From the NCBI GenBank assembly GCA_964036045.1, contig OZ038378.1:53568001-53632000 (forward strand): 64,000 nucleotides of DNA, read 5' to 3'. The stretch's first letter is position 1. Every line of letters starts with the position of its first letter. The stretch is from Eutreptiella sp. 'Long Island Sound 2002' (lineage: Eukaryota > Protista > Euglenida). Shown one piece after another: positions 13,701-26,327 of this stretch. A program made the translations under genes and the position numbers. Below the pieces are notes generated by a model that saw only the letters and a list, made by a program, of their open reading frames with translations, was not told where the DNA came from and made no database searches.

Positions 13701-14960
13701 TGGTTGTCCCTGGCAAGTCCGCGGATGTTGTTGTTCGTAGTTTTTTTGAACTTATTCTAGACGTTGGCCGGATTCAAGAATAGACAGTAGTAACGGGTAG
13801 GTTGAACAATGACAAGGCAAATGGTAATGGGATGCGTAGGTTGCAGTGTGCCATGGTTGAGTAGTTCATGCGCAACCGGAGGTGGTAGGCATTCATCATT
13901 GTGTGCCTTGAGGAGGGGGGAATGAACAACAAGCGGTTGGGAGGAAAACTATGTAGGGAGGCTTTTAAGGAGTGGTGGGACAGTTTTGCCACGATGTGTG
14001 TGTATGTATGCCAAACGCGAAAATTGTCCAGGGGGGACGTAGGTAGGTTCCGCAAATGTAGTCTACAAATGGCCAAAGCCTACTAAGTATTCTAATGGGG
14101 GGTGCACTTGGAAGCCACTATGAAGTGCTTGAGAATGCACCTATAACGATTCGGACTAACTTGCATCGTTCTACTCCTACTTTTGGCCAATGTTGTTCCC
14201 GTGTCATGCCGCGTGGCAACGCAGACAAGCGGAGAAACTCATTCACCCATATAAGGTCGAAGCAACGCAAGATGCGTCCACTCAATTTGATGCAAGACGT
14301 TGTCTTACGGGAGCGAGGTGCACCGTACAGTGTGCAACACTTGCCAGACATGGGGTAGATTGTCCCGACAACGGTAGATGAGGGCGGGCGTCGTGCATAC
14401 CATACAGCACCATCGATGTGGCAGACGACCGTGGCGGCGGTGTGGTGCATCCGGTCCCCCTTTCGAGGACCCAGGCGCATTGAGGCCTCATCAAGTTAAG
14501 GGGGCATTCTAGGAGGATGTGTGGGCGACGATGCAGCAGCTCGCACGGCCCGCCGCACACAGGTTCGTAGCCATGACGGGTGCGGGTCCCGACCTCTATG
14601 GTGCGGTGGGCTCACTGTAGACGCAGTTGTGGCACCTATACTGTTGTTAACCGTTTGAACGTGTCCACATTCAACAACCGGGCGCCCCAAGGCTACATAG
14701 GATGCCCATTGGACCGTTAGGCCATGAGGCGTCGCACATCCGTTGCACTCTTCAGGGAACAAGCAGCCCCGACCACCTTTCAAGCTGGTGGCTACTAGGA
14801 GGCAATGAGGAGTAGGCAACGTTGTAGGCAAAATTGTTTGCGGCTACCCGGGAGGTGAACTTCGACGAACAATTGTGGGATGCTAGTAAGGTCATCTTCC
14901 AGGATATCGCAGGTGCAGACCAGGAAACCGGGTTGCTCTTGTGTGCCGACAGCAAGGCAA
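4740..14960. repeat. Macrosatellite of ~1.47-kb units, about 6.5 diverged copies
   Basis: The GAGCT(C/A/T)TATGGTG anchor occurs near 4750, 6221, 7670, 9159, 11542, 13118 and 14590. Homologous ORF fragments recur in each copy. Confidence 0.95.
10647..11534. other. ~890-bp unique insertion interrupting one macrosatellite unit
   Basis: Unit sequence breaks after GGGTGAGG (10646) and resumes at GGTTTCCGAGCTCC (~11535). No clear target-site duplication is visible. Confidence 0.75.
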
Positions 14961-17900
14961 TAGTGTAATGTTTTTTTAATCTAACAATGGGGTACCTGGG
15001 TTCAACAACCCAACGGGAGATCCATCGGCCATCGGAGCCGTGTTTAGTGACCGCCCCCTACCCTGGTCGCAACCGCAAGTCACGGCAAAGGTCGGGCCAA
15101 AGGTAAGTGCGGGGGGGGGGGGGGGTGTAGGGTGTGGGCCGCCTCGGGAGGAAGCTAGGTGCGGTGAAGGCGCCAAAGGGAGTGGTAGGGCCACTTGGAG
15201 GGTTGTAGGGCCCAAGTAAGGGTGAGGGAAACCACAACTAACCCCTTCCTCCGTCAGGGACATAGGGTGAGCTGCACGGCCTCGGCTTGTGGGTGGCCCC
15301 AGGTGGCCCGGGATCGGAAGGAGCAAAGGCGGGTAGAGCATGTGAAGGTGAGGGTGTCGTGGCCAGTGGGGCTAGTGAGAGGGGGATGGATGACGCTAGA
15401 CAAGGTGCATACCTACAATAGACTTAGTCCCCACCAAGTGGGCCCTCTCGGCCGCCCTGCTCCATAGGCTTGAATAGGTGAAGAGGGGACCCGAATTCTG
15501 ATCCGCCCCCTCTCTGTGCCCCTCTACCTCTGTGCATAAGCCTACGGACATTAATTGGAGTTGGACCCAAAAGGGGCAATTGGTGGGCCATTTCTAACGG
15601 GTGAGCATCCTCGTTCCGCCACCCGCGGCTCCTGTTTCCAGCCACCACCATCACTTTCTTGCCCATACTTTGCATGATTGCATCTCAAACCCATTGGTAT
15701 CATTGGTTAAAATTTCGGACCTGCGGTACCAAAACGGAGTTCTGATTTTTGGCCATTTTGCACGTGCTTGTAGCTTGCAGCTTGCAATTGCTTGCTACCT
15801 GGTAAATTCGGTAGTTCCACCGCAGACACTAAAGGGGTTATAAAACCAAAACTAATTCCAACGGCTTGTTGACCCTAACCCTAACCTAGAGTTGTATAGG
15901 TCAAATATATCACCCGTTTCAAAAAAAAATTGTCCACCCATTGAATTTTTTTGCGGAAAAATTGTGTCATTTTTTTGTGGTACATTGTGCAAATCACAAA
16001 AAAAATCCGACCGAAAAAAATAACATGAGGTCGTGGTTTTTTGCACTATAAAATCGTGTAAGTTTTTTTCCCGCGACAAATCGTGCAATGGTAAAGAAAA
16101 GATGGAAAATTGAAAAAAACTTTCTTGCAATATGTACGCCATATGTACAATTGTTGGTTGCGTACGGCACCTCAGAGCCAGCTTAACGATGGGACGCCGA
16201 GTCCACAAAGCACCAATTGTTCTGAGTGGCAACCAAGTAGTTGGGACTCGGGCAAAACAACATAGTATCACATGGTGTAATTGGCATAAGAAAGAAAATC
16301 AAGCTCAAGCAAAGAGTCCTGACAATAGCATGGCCAAAACCAGTGTGCCGGCACTAGAAACAAAAGCTCAAGGAAAGAGTGGTGACATGGCCTTGGCCAA
16401 CATTCGTGCCAGCATTATACTCGCTGCCGCCACCAAAGCACTGGGATGGGGCCAATATAATAGCATGCTTATACACTCCACCAGTGGTACACCAAATAGG
16501 CGGAAAAAAATATTGTAAAGCGAAAACCCTACAAAACATGCATCTGCTACAAGCAGTTGCAGAATACACATTTGTACATGAGGTCACTTTTTGCCTCGGT
16601 GGACTTGGGCTTTGCACTAGGACCGGTGTTCGGTTGACAACCCACGCGTAACTCAACTACCGCGTGCTTGATTAGCTCCTGGATGAAGTGCTAGTCACAC
16701 TGCAGCTGGCTGGATGCATCTTTGGGTTCGCTATCCGGCACCTTGCGCCATTCTCCTTGAATGAGGACCTTGGGACCAGCGGATGGGCTACATAACAGTT
16801 GTTGTTGGGGGCGCCCCCAACGCCTCAAAGCACGGGGCAAAATCAGAATTGGCCCAATTTGGCTACATGCATGTAATATTCCGTTTTTCGGTAAAATCGT
16901 GCAATTTTTTCCTTTGCGGTAAGATCCTATAAGTTTTTCTTGCGGTAAACGCAGGAACAAACTAATTGTCACGTCATGCAATTTTTGTTTGGCGGTAAAC
17001 ACAACTACAAAAAAATAATCATGCCATGAAATTCTTTTTTGTGGTAGACGCGAATGCCGTTTACATGCAAGTCCCCCCCCCAAAGAAATTTTATCACATA
17101 ACAATTTTTTGTTACACGCATTTACCACAAGAAAAAATACACGAATTACAACATACGCGTCGTATACCGAAAGGCAGTAGACCACACCCCCTGCGCCAGT
17201 CACCACACCAACACCATGGCTCAGTGGTTTGCCCAAGGAGAGCAACCCCCCCCCCACCTCTCCATACACCATTGCTGCACCATATGCCCAAAAACCACAC
17301 ACCCTGCATCACACCATGGGTGCAACATACTTCTGCATGCCCTAGCAATATGCCTAAAACCACAGTTCAGCTCTATGACTAAAAGTGGTCGTAAGTAGGG
17401 GAAACGTTGCCCTAGATCCTACACTACCAACTGCTCAATCCTTTTCCTAGGGATATCCACGTTTAATTCACACACCCCGTGGCGGAACACCAAGGATGGG
17501 CCATGTGCCCAAAGCAAAAACCCATGGAAGAGCCATATCCCCAACTGCAAGAATGCTACCTTCGGGCATTTGGTGAAACCTAGTATGCACGTAGCAAAAC
17601 CTAGTAAAATGTAGCAAAACCTAGTAAAATGTAGGGAAACCGAGTAAAAAAAATTTTCAAAATTTTTTTTGAAAACGTTTTTTTTACAAGATAAAAAAAG
17701 TAAAATTTTTAAATTTTTTTTCCTCACTAGGTCAATTCCCCCCACCGTTGCCAGTGGCGCCCCACCCACGCCGAACCATGCATGTTGTGAAGAGGGAGTT
17801 CATGTATGTTTCGAAACCCTTTGGAGGAGAGGGGGGGAGGGTTGCAAAGGGGGACAAAATCAGAATTGGCTGCCTAACCCCTGCCTTCTAGAGGGCCCAC

Positions 17901-18033
17901 GCGTGGGCGGAAATGCTATGTCAACCCTGCATTCTCGATGATCCCCAACAAAGGGGACAAAATCAAAACAAAAAAAAAACAAAAACGAAAATTTTCCTAT
18001 GATGTCTAAGACTCAGCCTCAGGGTCAACAGAT

Positions 18034-18105
18034 TACCCCCAATGGATTTGAACCCATGACCTTCCACTTGCAAAGGCACTGCTTTACCCACTGGGGTATG
18101 AGCCA
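18034..18105 (-). pseudogene. tRNA-derived sequence (Ala-TGC-like), pseudogene or SINE head
   Basis: The minus strand reads GGCTCATACCCCAGTGGGTAAAGCAGTGCCTTTGCAAGTGGAAGGTCATGGGTTCAAATCCATTGGGGGT. It has A-box-like and GGTTCAAATCC B-box motifs, but the acceptor and T stems are mismatched. Confidence 0.4.
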
Positions 18106-18877
18106 TCACTGTTGTGCCGATGCACAAGGGTGGTATTGATATTTGGTCCAATTTGGTTTTCATCCATTATTTGGTTTTCCAGAAAAAACTGAGCATTTTG
18201 AGTGTAGACACATGGGGTGAAAACCCATTTTTTCGCCCTCTACTAGTTCAAGCAAAATTCCCAGCTGTGGATTGTGAGTCCCTAACCACAACTCGAGGGG
18301 CCACACAAAGCGTGGGAATAAAAAAAAAAGAACGAAGGTGGGAGGCAAAATGGTGAAAAATGTAAGTCGTGTACAAAAAAACCGTCTAGTCGTGTAATTT
18401 TTTTTTTGCTGTAAATGCGTGTAATTTTTTTATTTTGCGGTAAGGGAGTGTAGTTTTTTTATTTTTGCCGTAAGTCGTGTAAATTACAAAAAAAATTGAA
18501 AAATTGAAAGAAATGCAACCTTTGCAATACATGCGCAATATGTACAGCTGCCGGTTCCGTATGGCACCCCATAGCGACCTTAACGATGGGACGCCGTGTC
18601 CACAAAGCACATAGTACTTTGCGTGGCCACCAATTAGTTGGGACTCGGCCAATACAACATAGTTTCACATGGAGTCATTGGCACTACACACAAAATCAGG
18701 CCAAAGAAAAGAGTCCTGACAGGGCCATGGCAGGATTGCATATAAAGTCTGATATGTGGTGTGGCATGTTGTTTTTGCAGTGTATACAACAAGATGTGTG
18801 ATGTGTCTGATATAGATCTGATGCTTGGAGGAAGGGGGGGGGTTGGTATCCAAATAGATGTAAAAAAAATTGATGCC

Positions 18878-20040
18878 CCCCACCCCATAGGTCCCCATAG
18901 ACCCCGATAGGTCCCCGTAGGTCCCCATAGGTGCCAATGGGTCTCCAAAGGTCCCCATAGGCCCCCATAGGTCCCCATAGGGGCCGATAGGTCCCCATAG
19001 GCCCCCATAGGTGCCCATCGGCCCCCAGAGGTCCCCATAGGTGCCATTGGGTCCCCAAATGTCCCCATAGATGCCAATGAGTCCCCATAGGCCCCCATAG
19101 GTCCACATAGGTACCCATAGGTGGCAACAGGTGCCCATAGGTCCCCATGGGCCCCCATACGTCCCCATAGGTCCCCACAGGCCCCGATAGGTCCCCATAG
19201 GCCCCCATAGGTCCCCATAGGTCCCCATAGGTCCCCATAGGTCCCCATAGGCCCCCTAGGCCCCCATAGGTCCCCATAGGCCCCCACAAGTCCCCATTGG
19301 CCCCCATAGGTCCCCATAGGTCCCCACAGGCCCCCATAGGTCCCCATAGGCCCCCATAGGTCCCCATAGGCCCCCATAGGTCCCCATAGGCCCCCATAGG
19401 TCCCCCCATGGGTCCCCATAGGCCCCCATAGGTCCCCATAGGCACCCATAGGTCCCCATAGGTCCCCATAGGTCCCCACAGGCCCCCATAGGTCCCCACG
19501 GGCCCCCGTAGGTCCCCACAGGCCCCCATAGGTCCCCAGAGGCCCCCATAGGTCCCCATAGACCCCCATAGGTCCCCACAGGTCCCCACAGGCCCCCATA
19601 GGTCCCCATAGGCTCCCATAGGTCCCCATAGGTTCCGAGAGGTCCCCATAGGTCCCCATAGGCCCCCATAGGTCCCCATAGGTCCCCATAGGCCCCAACA
19701 GGTCCCCATAGGCCTCAACAGGTCCCCATAGGTTCCTAGAGGTCCCCAAAGGCCCCCATACGTCCCCATAGGTCCCCATAGGCCCCCATAGGTCCCCATA
19801 TGTCCCCATAGGTCCCCATGGGTCCCCATAGGCCCCCATAGGTCCCCATAGGTCCCCATAGGATTCCACAAGTCCCCATTGGCCCCCATAGGTCCCCACA
19901 GGTCCACATATGCCCCATAGGTCCCCATAGGCCCCCATAGGTCCCCATAGGTCCCCATAGGTCCCTACAGGTCCCCACGGGTCCCCATATGTCCCCATAG
20001 GCCCCCATAGGTCCCCACAGGCCCCCATAGGTCCATAGGG
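18878..20040. repeat. 10-bp minisatellite (GGTCCCCATA/GGCCCCCATA)n, over 100 copies
   Basis: Directly visible. It explains the MGTYGDLWGP repeat ORFs. Confidence 0.97.
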
Positions 20041-20089
20041 CGCTTCAACGGCCCGCACAGCACGATCACAATTGGCACCTCGAAGAGGG

Positions 20090-21120
20090 GAGAGGAACGA
20101 CCATTTTTCAGCTGCCGAGGCTGGAAAACTACATGAGCAGGTTGTGCCCCAGGCCCATGGGGAGCCCCCCCCCCCCCCCCCCAACACCCAAATGGGGTGA
20201 AAAACACATAAAGAGGGGCTAAAACATGCTTCACATAGGATATTTGATCATTTTGGATTGTCAAAGTATCAAAAAAATCAGTTTGGGAAATTTCCATTTT
20301 GGAGCTACCGAGGGTGGTAAACTACATAAGCAGGTTGTGCCCTGGCCCCCTTGGGAGCCCCCCCCCCCCCCCCCCAACCCAAATGGGGTGAAAAACACAT
20401 AAAGAGGGGCCAAAACATGCTTTACATAGGATATTTGATCATTTTGGATTGTCAAAGTATCAAAAAGATCAGTTTTGGAAATTTCCATTTTGGAGCTACC
20501 GAGGGTGGTAAACTACATAAGCAGGTTGTGCCCTGGCCCCCTTGGGAGCCCCCCCCCCCCCCCCCCCCAACACCCCAATGGGGTGAAAAACACATAAAAA
20601 GGGGCCAAAACATGCTTCACATAGGATATTTGATCATTTTGAATTGCCAGAGTATCAAAAAGATCAGTTTCGGAAATTTCCATTTTTGAGCTACCGAGGG
20701 TGGTAAACTACATAAGCACGTTGTGCCCTAGACCCCTTGGGAGCCCCCCCCCCCCCCCAACACCCAAATAGGGTGAAAAACACATAAAGAGGGGCTAAAA
20801 CATGCTTTACATATTTCATCATTTTGAGCGGTCACAATATCAAAATTTTTTTTGCAAAATTTTCCATTTTTGACCTGTAGAGGGTGAAAAGCTGCTGAAG
20901 CAGTTTATGCACACACCAAATGCCATTGAACCACCTACAAACAGCAATTTCGAAGCTTTTGGGGGGCCCATGGCTCGGGCTAGATGGGCCCAGTGGCCAC
21001 TACGTGGGTCCCCATGGGCGCTCAAGTACCCGTATTGTCACCAAATGATCACCCAAACCCAAGCTAGGGGCAACAGAAGGGTTTCGGAAAAAGTCGAAAT
21101 GTGAAATTTTTTTCAAGTGC
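20090..21120. repeat. Dispersed repeat family 'RepA', reverse orientation, with an internal ~193-bp subunit amplified about 4 times
   Basis: The (G/C)AGCT(A/G)CCGAGG anchor occurs at 20109, 20302, 20493 and 20688. Segment 20860-21120 is the reverse complement of sequence at 30750-31000 and in the 45.6-51.2-kb array. Confidence 0.8.
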
Positions 21121-21439
21121 CACTAAATAGCCTACACAACAACAATTTTGGGGCGCCCGGAGGGCCCATGGCACGGGCTACATAGGCCTAGCGGCCACTA
21201 CGTGGCCACAGGTGGGCACATCGCCTACATGCATGCATTTTCAGTAAAATTGGTAATTGCTTCTTTGTGGTAAGGTCGTGTAATTGTTTTATTTTTGTGG
21301 TAAACGCGTGTACGAAAAAATCGTCCAGTCGTGCAATTTTTTTATTTTTGCGGTAAGTCGTGTAATTTTTTTTTTTCGCTGTAAATGCGCGTAACAAAAA
21401 AACCGTCAGGTCGTGTAATTTTTTTATTTTTGCGGTAAG

Positions 21440-21627
21440 TCGTGCAATTTTTTTTTTTTCGCTGTAAATGCGTGTAACAAAAAAACCGTCAGGTCGTGTA
21501 ATTTTTTTATTTTTGCTGTAAGTCGTGTAAGCCGGCTTACACGACTTACAGCAAAAATAAAAAAATTACACGACGTGACGGTTTTTTTGTTACGTGCATT
21601 TATAGCGAAAAAAAAAAAATTACACGA
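21440..21627. repeat. Near-perfect spacer-less 188-bp palindrome centred on GCCGGC (21531-21536)
   Basis: The arms of ~94 bp are reverse complements apart from about 5 mismatches and A/T-run length differences. Confidence 0.9.
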
Positions 21628-22859
21628 ATTACAACATACACGGCAAAATGGCATTCTCGGGGATCCCCAACAAAGGGGAGCAAAAGCAGAAGTGTTCCCC
21701 AACAAAGGGGAACAAAATCAGAAGTGGCTACCTCACCCCTACCTTCTCGGGGGCCCAAAAGAGGGCGGAAGTGCGACGTCACCCCCGCGTTCTCGCGGTC
21801 CACTAGAGAAGGGGAGGGAAACAAAAGTGGCCCGCGCCGGGCTCCTGGAAAAAGTCCCATAGTGGGGGTCCTTAATGGCGGTCCTTAACAAAAAAAAATT
21901 GGTCCTAAAGGACCACCGTGCCTCACCAGGCCAGTGGAAAAAAGCCCCTCAGAGCGGGGGACAAGATCAGAAGTGGCCAACAAGTGGCCCGAAAATCTAC
22001 AGCCTAGTTCTTTTGTTTTTGGCGGTTTTGAAGCCTAGTAAAAAAAAATATTTTTTACTAGGTTCTGAAACCTAGTAAAAAAAAGTTTTTTTTTTAACTA
22101 GGTTCCCGATACCTAGTAAAAAACTAGTGAACCTAGTAAACTGTTACCTAGTAAAAAAAAACTTTTTTAAAAAAAAATTTTTACTAGGTTTAACTACAGA
22201 CCCGCTGCCTTCCCAACGGCAGGAACCTCCTGCCATCACCTCAACCCAACCCATCCGTGGCCTTGGGTTGCCACCTTGCAACCCCACGTGGGGGCGAGAC
22301 ACAAAACCGAAATGGGCATCACCATTGGGTTTTAATCTGTGTCTTGTTTTGTTTGTGTGCAACAAGCATGTTGTTTCACACAGAAACGTTGTCCATGACC
22401 ACAAACCCATGGCAAGCACAAGCGAGAGATGTTCATGGTGTGTGCCGGGGTGGTTTCAGGGGCCTGATTGGTTGGTGTTTTGGGACCAAAACAGATTTGG
22501 GAGGCTGTGCACCTCAATCTCTGGCTTGGCTACCCCACCACACCATGGGCTACAAATGATGCCTCTAACAGGGGGGGGGGGGGGCTAGGTCTGGTTGCCG
22601 GACGCCACAGGATTCGACCTGCTTCGATAGACTTGAAGTCTGGCAGTCAATAAATTGCCCATTACAGCAGCTCTAGACTGACGGTGGGGTACGCAATGCA
22701 CCCCTGGGGATCAAATAGCAAGCTGTTTCATTGAATTGCATGCCTGATCTCAAATTCAACAGGTGTACCTCAAACCACAAGGCAACACAAATGTACAATT
22801 CCCAAACTGCAGGTACCCAGAATTGATTGTCATGCTCTGCCTGAGCCTTACTTGCCCAA

Positions 22860-23260
22860 ATGAGAATGGAATATCAGTCACTCAGCTGACCGATCTTTCC
22901 TACACAAAAACAGGGTTTCGTGTTGGGCAGTTGGGCAGATGATGACCATATCCTGCAGCATTTCTCATAAAGAAATAGCCCAGGTCAACGGAGCACAGGC
23001 AGAAACATCAGCATCCGCAGCACACCAGGCATCTGCATATTCTGGGAATTCTGGTGCATAAAAACGTCCTGATTCAGGTGCAAACCATCATGGGCTGGGG
23101 TCATGAAGTTGGAGAAATTCTGCTGCTGCAGAGACACAATGGTAACCAAACAATGGTGCTGCTACCTGCTCTCAGCCCTGCCAGTGCTGCGACCTCCTTG
23201 AGTGCTATCTGCTGAAGCCTCCCCAGTGCAGTGTTCCCCTGGGCTGCTGCGCAATCCCAA
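22860..23260 (-). pseudogene. Degenerate coding remnant, possibly OTU-like cysteine protease domain
   Basis: One minus frame reads LFGYHCVSAAAEFLQLHDPSP*WFAPESGRFYAPEFPEYADAWCAADADVSACAPLTWAISL*EMLQDMVIICPTAQHETLFLC. No intact DGNC catalytic motif is present. Confidence 0.2.
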
Positions 23261-24084
23261 CGGTGCCTTGATCACCTGTGCCGTTGCTTTCTCTGGAGCA
23301 CCTCGTTAGTGCAATCTGACCCTCAGTGCTGTGTCCCCCTTACTACTATCAGGGCTTTAACGCCCACTGATCCTCCTACGCTGCCAGGCACATGCCCCAC
23401 GATGCTATGCCCTGGATCACCAGCTCCGTTCTTGCACGCTGACATCTCCTCAGCCAAGCAGGCGCAGATCAGGCACTAGCAATAACTTCGCCCGTGAGCC
23501 CCAACCGTTCACACGATCCTGCATCACCTGCATCACGGGGTTGGGCTGTTGCTGATCTGCTTGACCATTTTGTGCAACCCCGAACGCCCTTAAATTGCGC
23601 TCACGAGTTTGACCATTTGCATTTTTCATATTCGGCTCCTTTTGATTCTTTTCGTAGCCATCTTTCCGTTTGCCTGTCCGGCGAGCAGCATCTGCTGCGT
23701 TGCGACGCATGTTGGCCAAAGCCGCTGAACAAGAAAGCCAAGGCAAGGGCTAGGGGTACCATCAAGCCATGCCACACATTACATCACGTCACAGAATATG
23801 ATCTCGCAGAAATGGTTATCTCATATCATGTCATGCCACATCAGTCGTATCATTTCGTGGTTTGCCATGTCATGTCATGTACTGTCGTGTCACTTCCCGT
23901 TGCGTCATGTCCAGGCTATTGCTTAATGACCCCGGGGTGGGGGGGGGGGTTAAGTTGAGCCTCGGCCAGGGCTCAGCCACCCACCCACCCATCCACCCAC
24001 CCACCCACCCAACCAACGCAGGGGGGGGGGGGGTCTATGCCCTCCACCCACAGTCACATACAAGCAGAGCAGAACTGACCAGCA

Positions 24085-24180
24085 AAAGTTTGCCAGTAGC
24101 AGGAATGGAACCTAGGACCTAAAACTTTTTTTAAAATTGGGTCAAGCACTACAACCACAACCATCTGAACTACCATCCAG
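24085..24180 (-). other. Possible second tRNA-derived SINE-like head
   Basis: The minus strand has GGTAGTTCAGATGGTTG (A-box-like) and AGGTCCTAGGTTCCATTCC (B-box-like), but they lie too far apart for a tRNA. Confidence 0.2.
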
Positions 24181-24510
24181 TTCTCGCATTTCTGCGCAAC
24201 AAAGGGTTAAGAGGTTTGACATGTTATGAAGAAAAAGTGAAAAATTCAGGCCAATCTCAGAGCCCTGCACAAACCCAAAACCCCCAAAAAGCGCACCCCC
24301 CCCCCCCCCGGTGCCTGGTGGCCCAAAATGCTGAAATTTGGGGCCAACCCACCCACCCATCCCCATACGCGAGGGGGGGGGGGTATTTTGCCCACTAAGC
24401 AATAGCCTGGTCATGTCATGTTCTATGCAATGCCATTCCATTCCACTGCATTTTTATCTGCTGTCTGTGGAGCCACGCAGGACCAAATAGCAAAGGCAGG
24501 GAGCAGAAAA

Positions 24511-24792
24511 TCAGATCCCGGGGAAGCAAGATCGCATGATGGGTGGGCTGCAAGGCTGGGCGGAGTCTCCAGCGTACGCGAACACACCTCTTCGGACTGG
24601 GAACGGAGGCATATCACACGCTCGGCCGCCCCCTTCATGGCCGGTGGAGTGCTCATGTTTGGAGAGGGCATCTTTGTCTGCAAACTTTTTCGGACACGAT
24701 CCGCACAGGTAGAAATTGTTGTGCCCCGTCTCTGCATAATGTTCCTCCAATGCCTCGCGGCTCATAAAACTGGCAGCGCACACGTTGCAGAT
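24511..24792 (-). CDS. Multi-C2H2 zinc-finger protein, last predicted exon (two fingers, TGA at 24511-24513)
   Basis: Acceptor CCCCACAG|ATC, then ICNVCAASFMSREALEEHYAETGH and YLCGSCPKKFADKDALSKHEHSTGH. Confidence 0.75.
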   Translation of the reverse strand: MCNVCAASFMSREALEEHYAETGHNNFYLCGSCPKKFADKDALSKHEHSTGHEGGGRACDMPPFPVRRGVFAYAGDSAQPCSPPIMRSCFPGI

Positions 24793-25846
24793 CTGTGGGG
24801 TATGACAAGATGTTAAATCCCATATCAAATGCAGTCAGGCGTGTACGCACACACACAGACAATCACAATAACCAGGCAACAAACACGACGCAGAGAATTG
24901 ACACCAGACCTTCACTCATGCCAGACGGCTCAAAGCATTTATTAAAATGAAGAAGACAATGAATATCGGTCGATGCCAAGCTGTCATTTGCGGGCTGATT
25001 CGCGTGATTTGGTTGCACCTGGCGCTGTTGTGGCGTACGGAATGGGGGGCACATGTCTCGAAACCCTCCTTTTTGTGTCATGGGCGATCGGCGGGAATAT
25101 GGCGCACCCGATCATGCCCAGCCTGGCCGCTCGTTTGACCAACGGTCAACGTCATCGACCCACGGAACCGAAATTGGCATGCATCTGTTGCTGCGCCCTT
25201 TCCCTTTGGAGCATACACATGTCGTGATTTGCTTGTTGAGGCTCTCAATGATATTCCCAAATCAAACATGCCCTGTGCCCCTGTGGTGCCCAAGGACTCA
25301 ACTGCTATTGTTTTGCCATACAGGTACTGTGCAAACTGCAATGTTTTGCAGTACGCTAAACTATGCTTAGTTTTGCGTAGGGTGATCTGAATTTTCGTTT
25401 TGTTTTGTTTTGCAAAGCCACCAAAAAATGGGGAAAATCAAATTTTCTAGTGACTTTTTTGCAAGAATTGTTTTTTTGTGTTGCCATTTCGACCAAAAAA
25501 AATATCTATCCTTTGTGCTTTTCCTTTGCATCTTTTTTTTTGTGCAAAATTTGGGGCCCTGCATGAATGCTGTTCATTCCTGGGGGTCTCTGGATGCGTG
25601 CTGCTAATTCCTGGAGGTCTCTGGAGGGATACCACAGCTGATTAATGGGAAATGACGGAAAACATATTGCGAATATTCAACATGGGTCCTGCAAATGTGA
25701 AAACGGAGCAGGATGCGGCACACATGAAACGAATGCTGATCTTTTTACACATTCTCTAAATGTGAAGCAGTCAGCAGTAAGGCAAGACATGCAGAAATTG
25801 CAATGCAAATAATTTTGTTGTTTGCAGTGTGACGCGGCACTAGGAC

Positions 25847-26017
25847 CTCGTTTAAAGAGTGGCCAACACATTGCTGGTGCTGGTATAGAGCATCCAAGGT
25901 GCTGAAGCATCGGTTGCAGACGGCACACAAATGCACCGCGTCCCCACTCGTGTTGCCATGGGTGACGTCATAATGCATGTCTAGGGCCGATCGGTGCGTA
26001 AATGTCTTTGCACAAAT
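25847..26017 (-). CDS. Multi-C2H2 zinc-finger protein, internal exon
   Basis: Acceptor TGTGTCAG|ATT. Splicing completes the finger YVCE|ICAKTFTHRSALDMHYDVTH, followed by CAVCNRCFSTLDALYQHQQCVGH. The donor GAG|GTCCTA is less certain. Confidence 0.75.
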
Positions 26018-26202
26018 CTGACACACAGCAATACAGCAATGGATAGCAAATGAGGCGCGTTGGTAACCATGCGATACTGCCAGCAGCCAGATCCCAACGG
26101 GGCGCAAAGGTCATCTGGCACGCAGAATGCGAGCACTTGTCTGGCACATACACAAACACACAATCACCAAAGGCACAGTACCCATATCGCAGATGAGCAT
26201 AC

Positions 26203-26327
26203 CTCGCACACGTATTTTTCGGCCTTGTGTCCCACCAGCTTTTGATGCGACTCAAGATCCTCTCTTGTGTGAAAACTAGCATCGCATTCTCCACAAAAGA
26301 AAGTATGTGTCAGCCCATCGGTGGTAT
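26203..26327 (-). CDS. Multi-C2H2 zinc-finger protein, internal exon
   Basis: Acceptor TTGCTCAG|AT (phase 1), then FFCGECDASFHTREDLESHQKLVGH, then donor GAG|GTATGC. Confidence 0.75.

Noticed and set aside
14976-15680. Possible second YR-retroelement fragment
   Set aside because: No catalytic motif could be assigned in any frame.
15873-15886. CCCTAA telomeric repeats
   Set aside because: Only about two units; not significant.
18634-20187. 517-aa, 420-aa and 187-aa ORFs with MGTYGDLWGP repeats
   Set aside because: Translation of the 10-bp minisatellite (three units give ten codons) in several frames; not genes.
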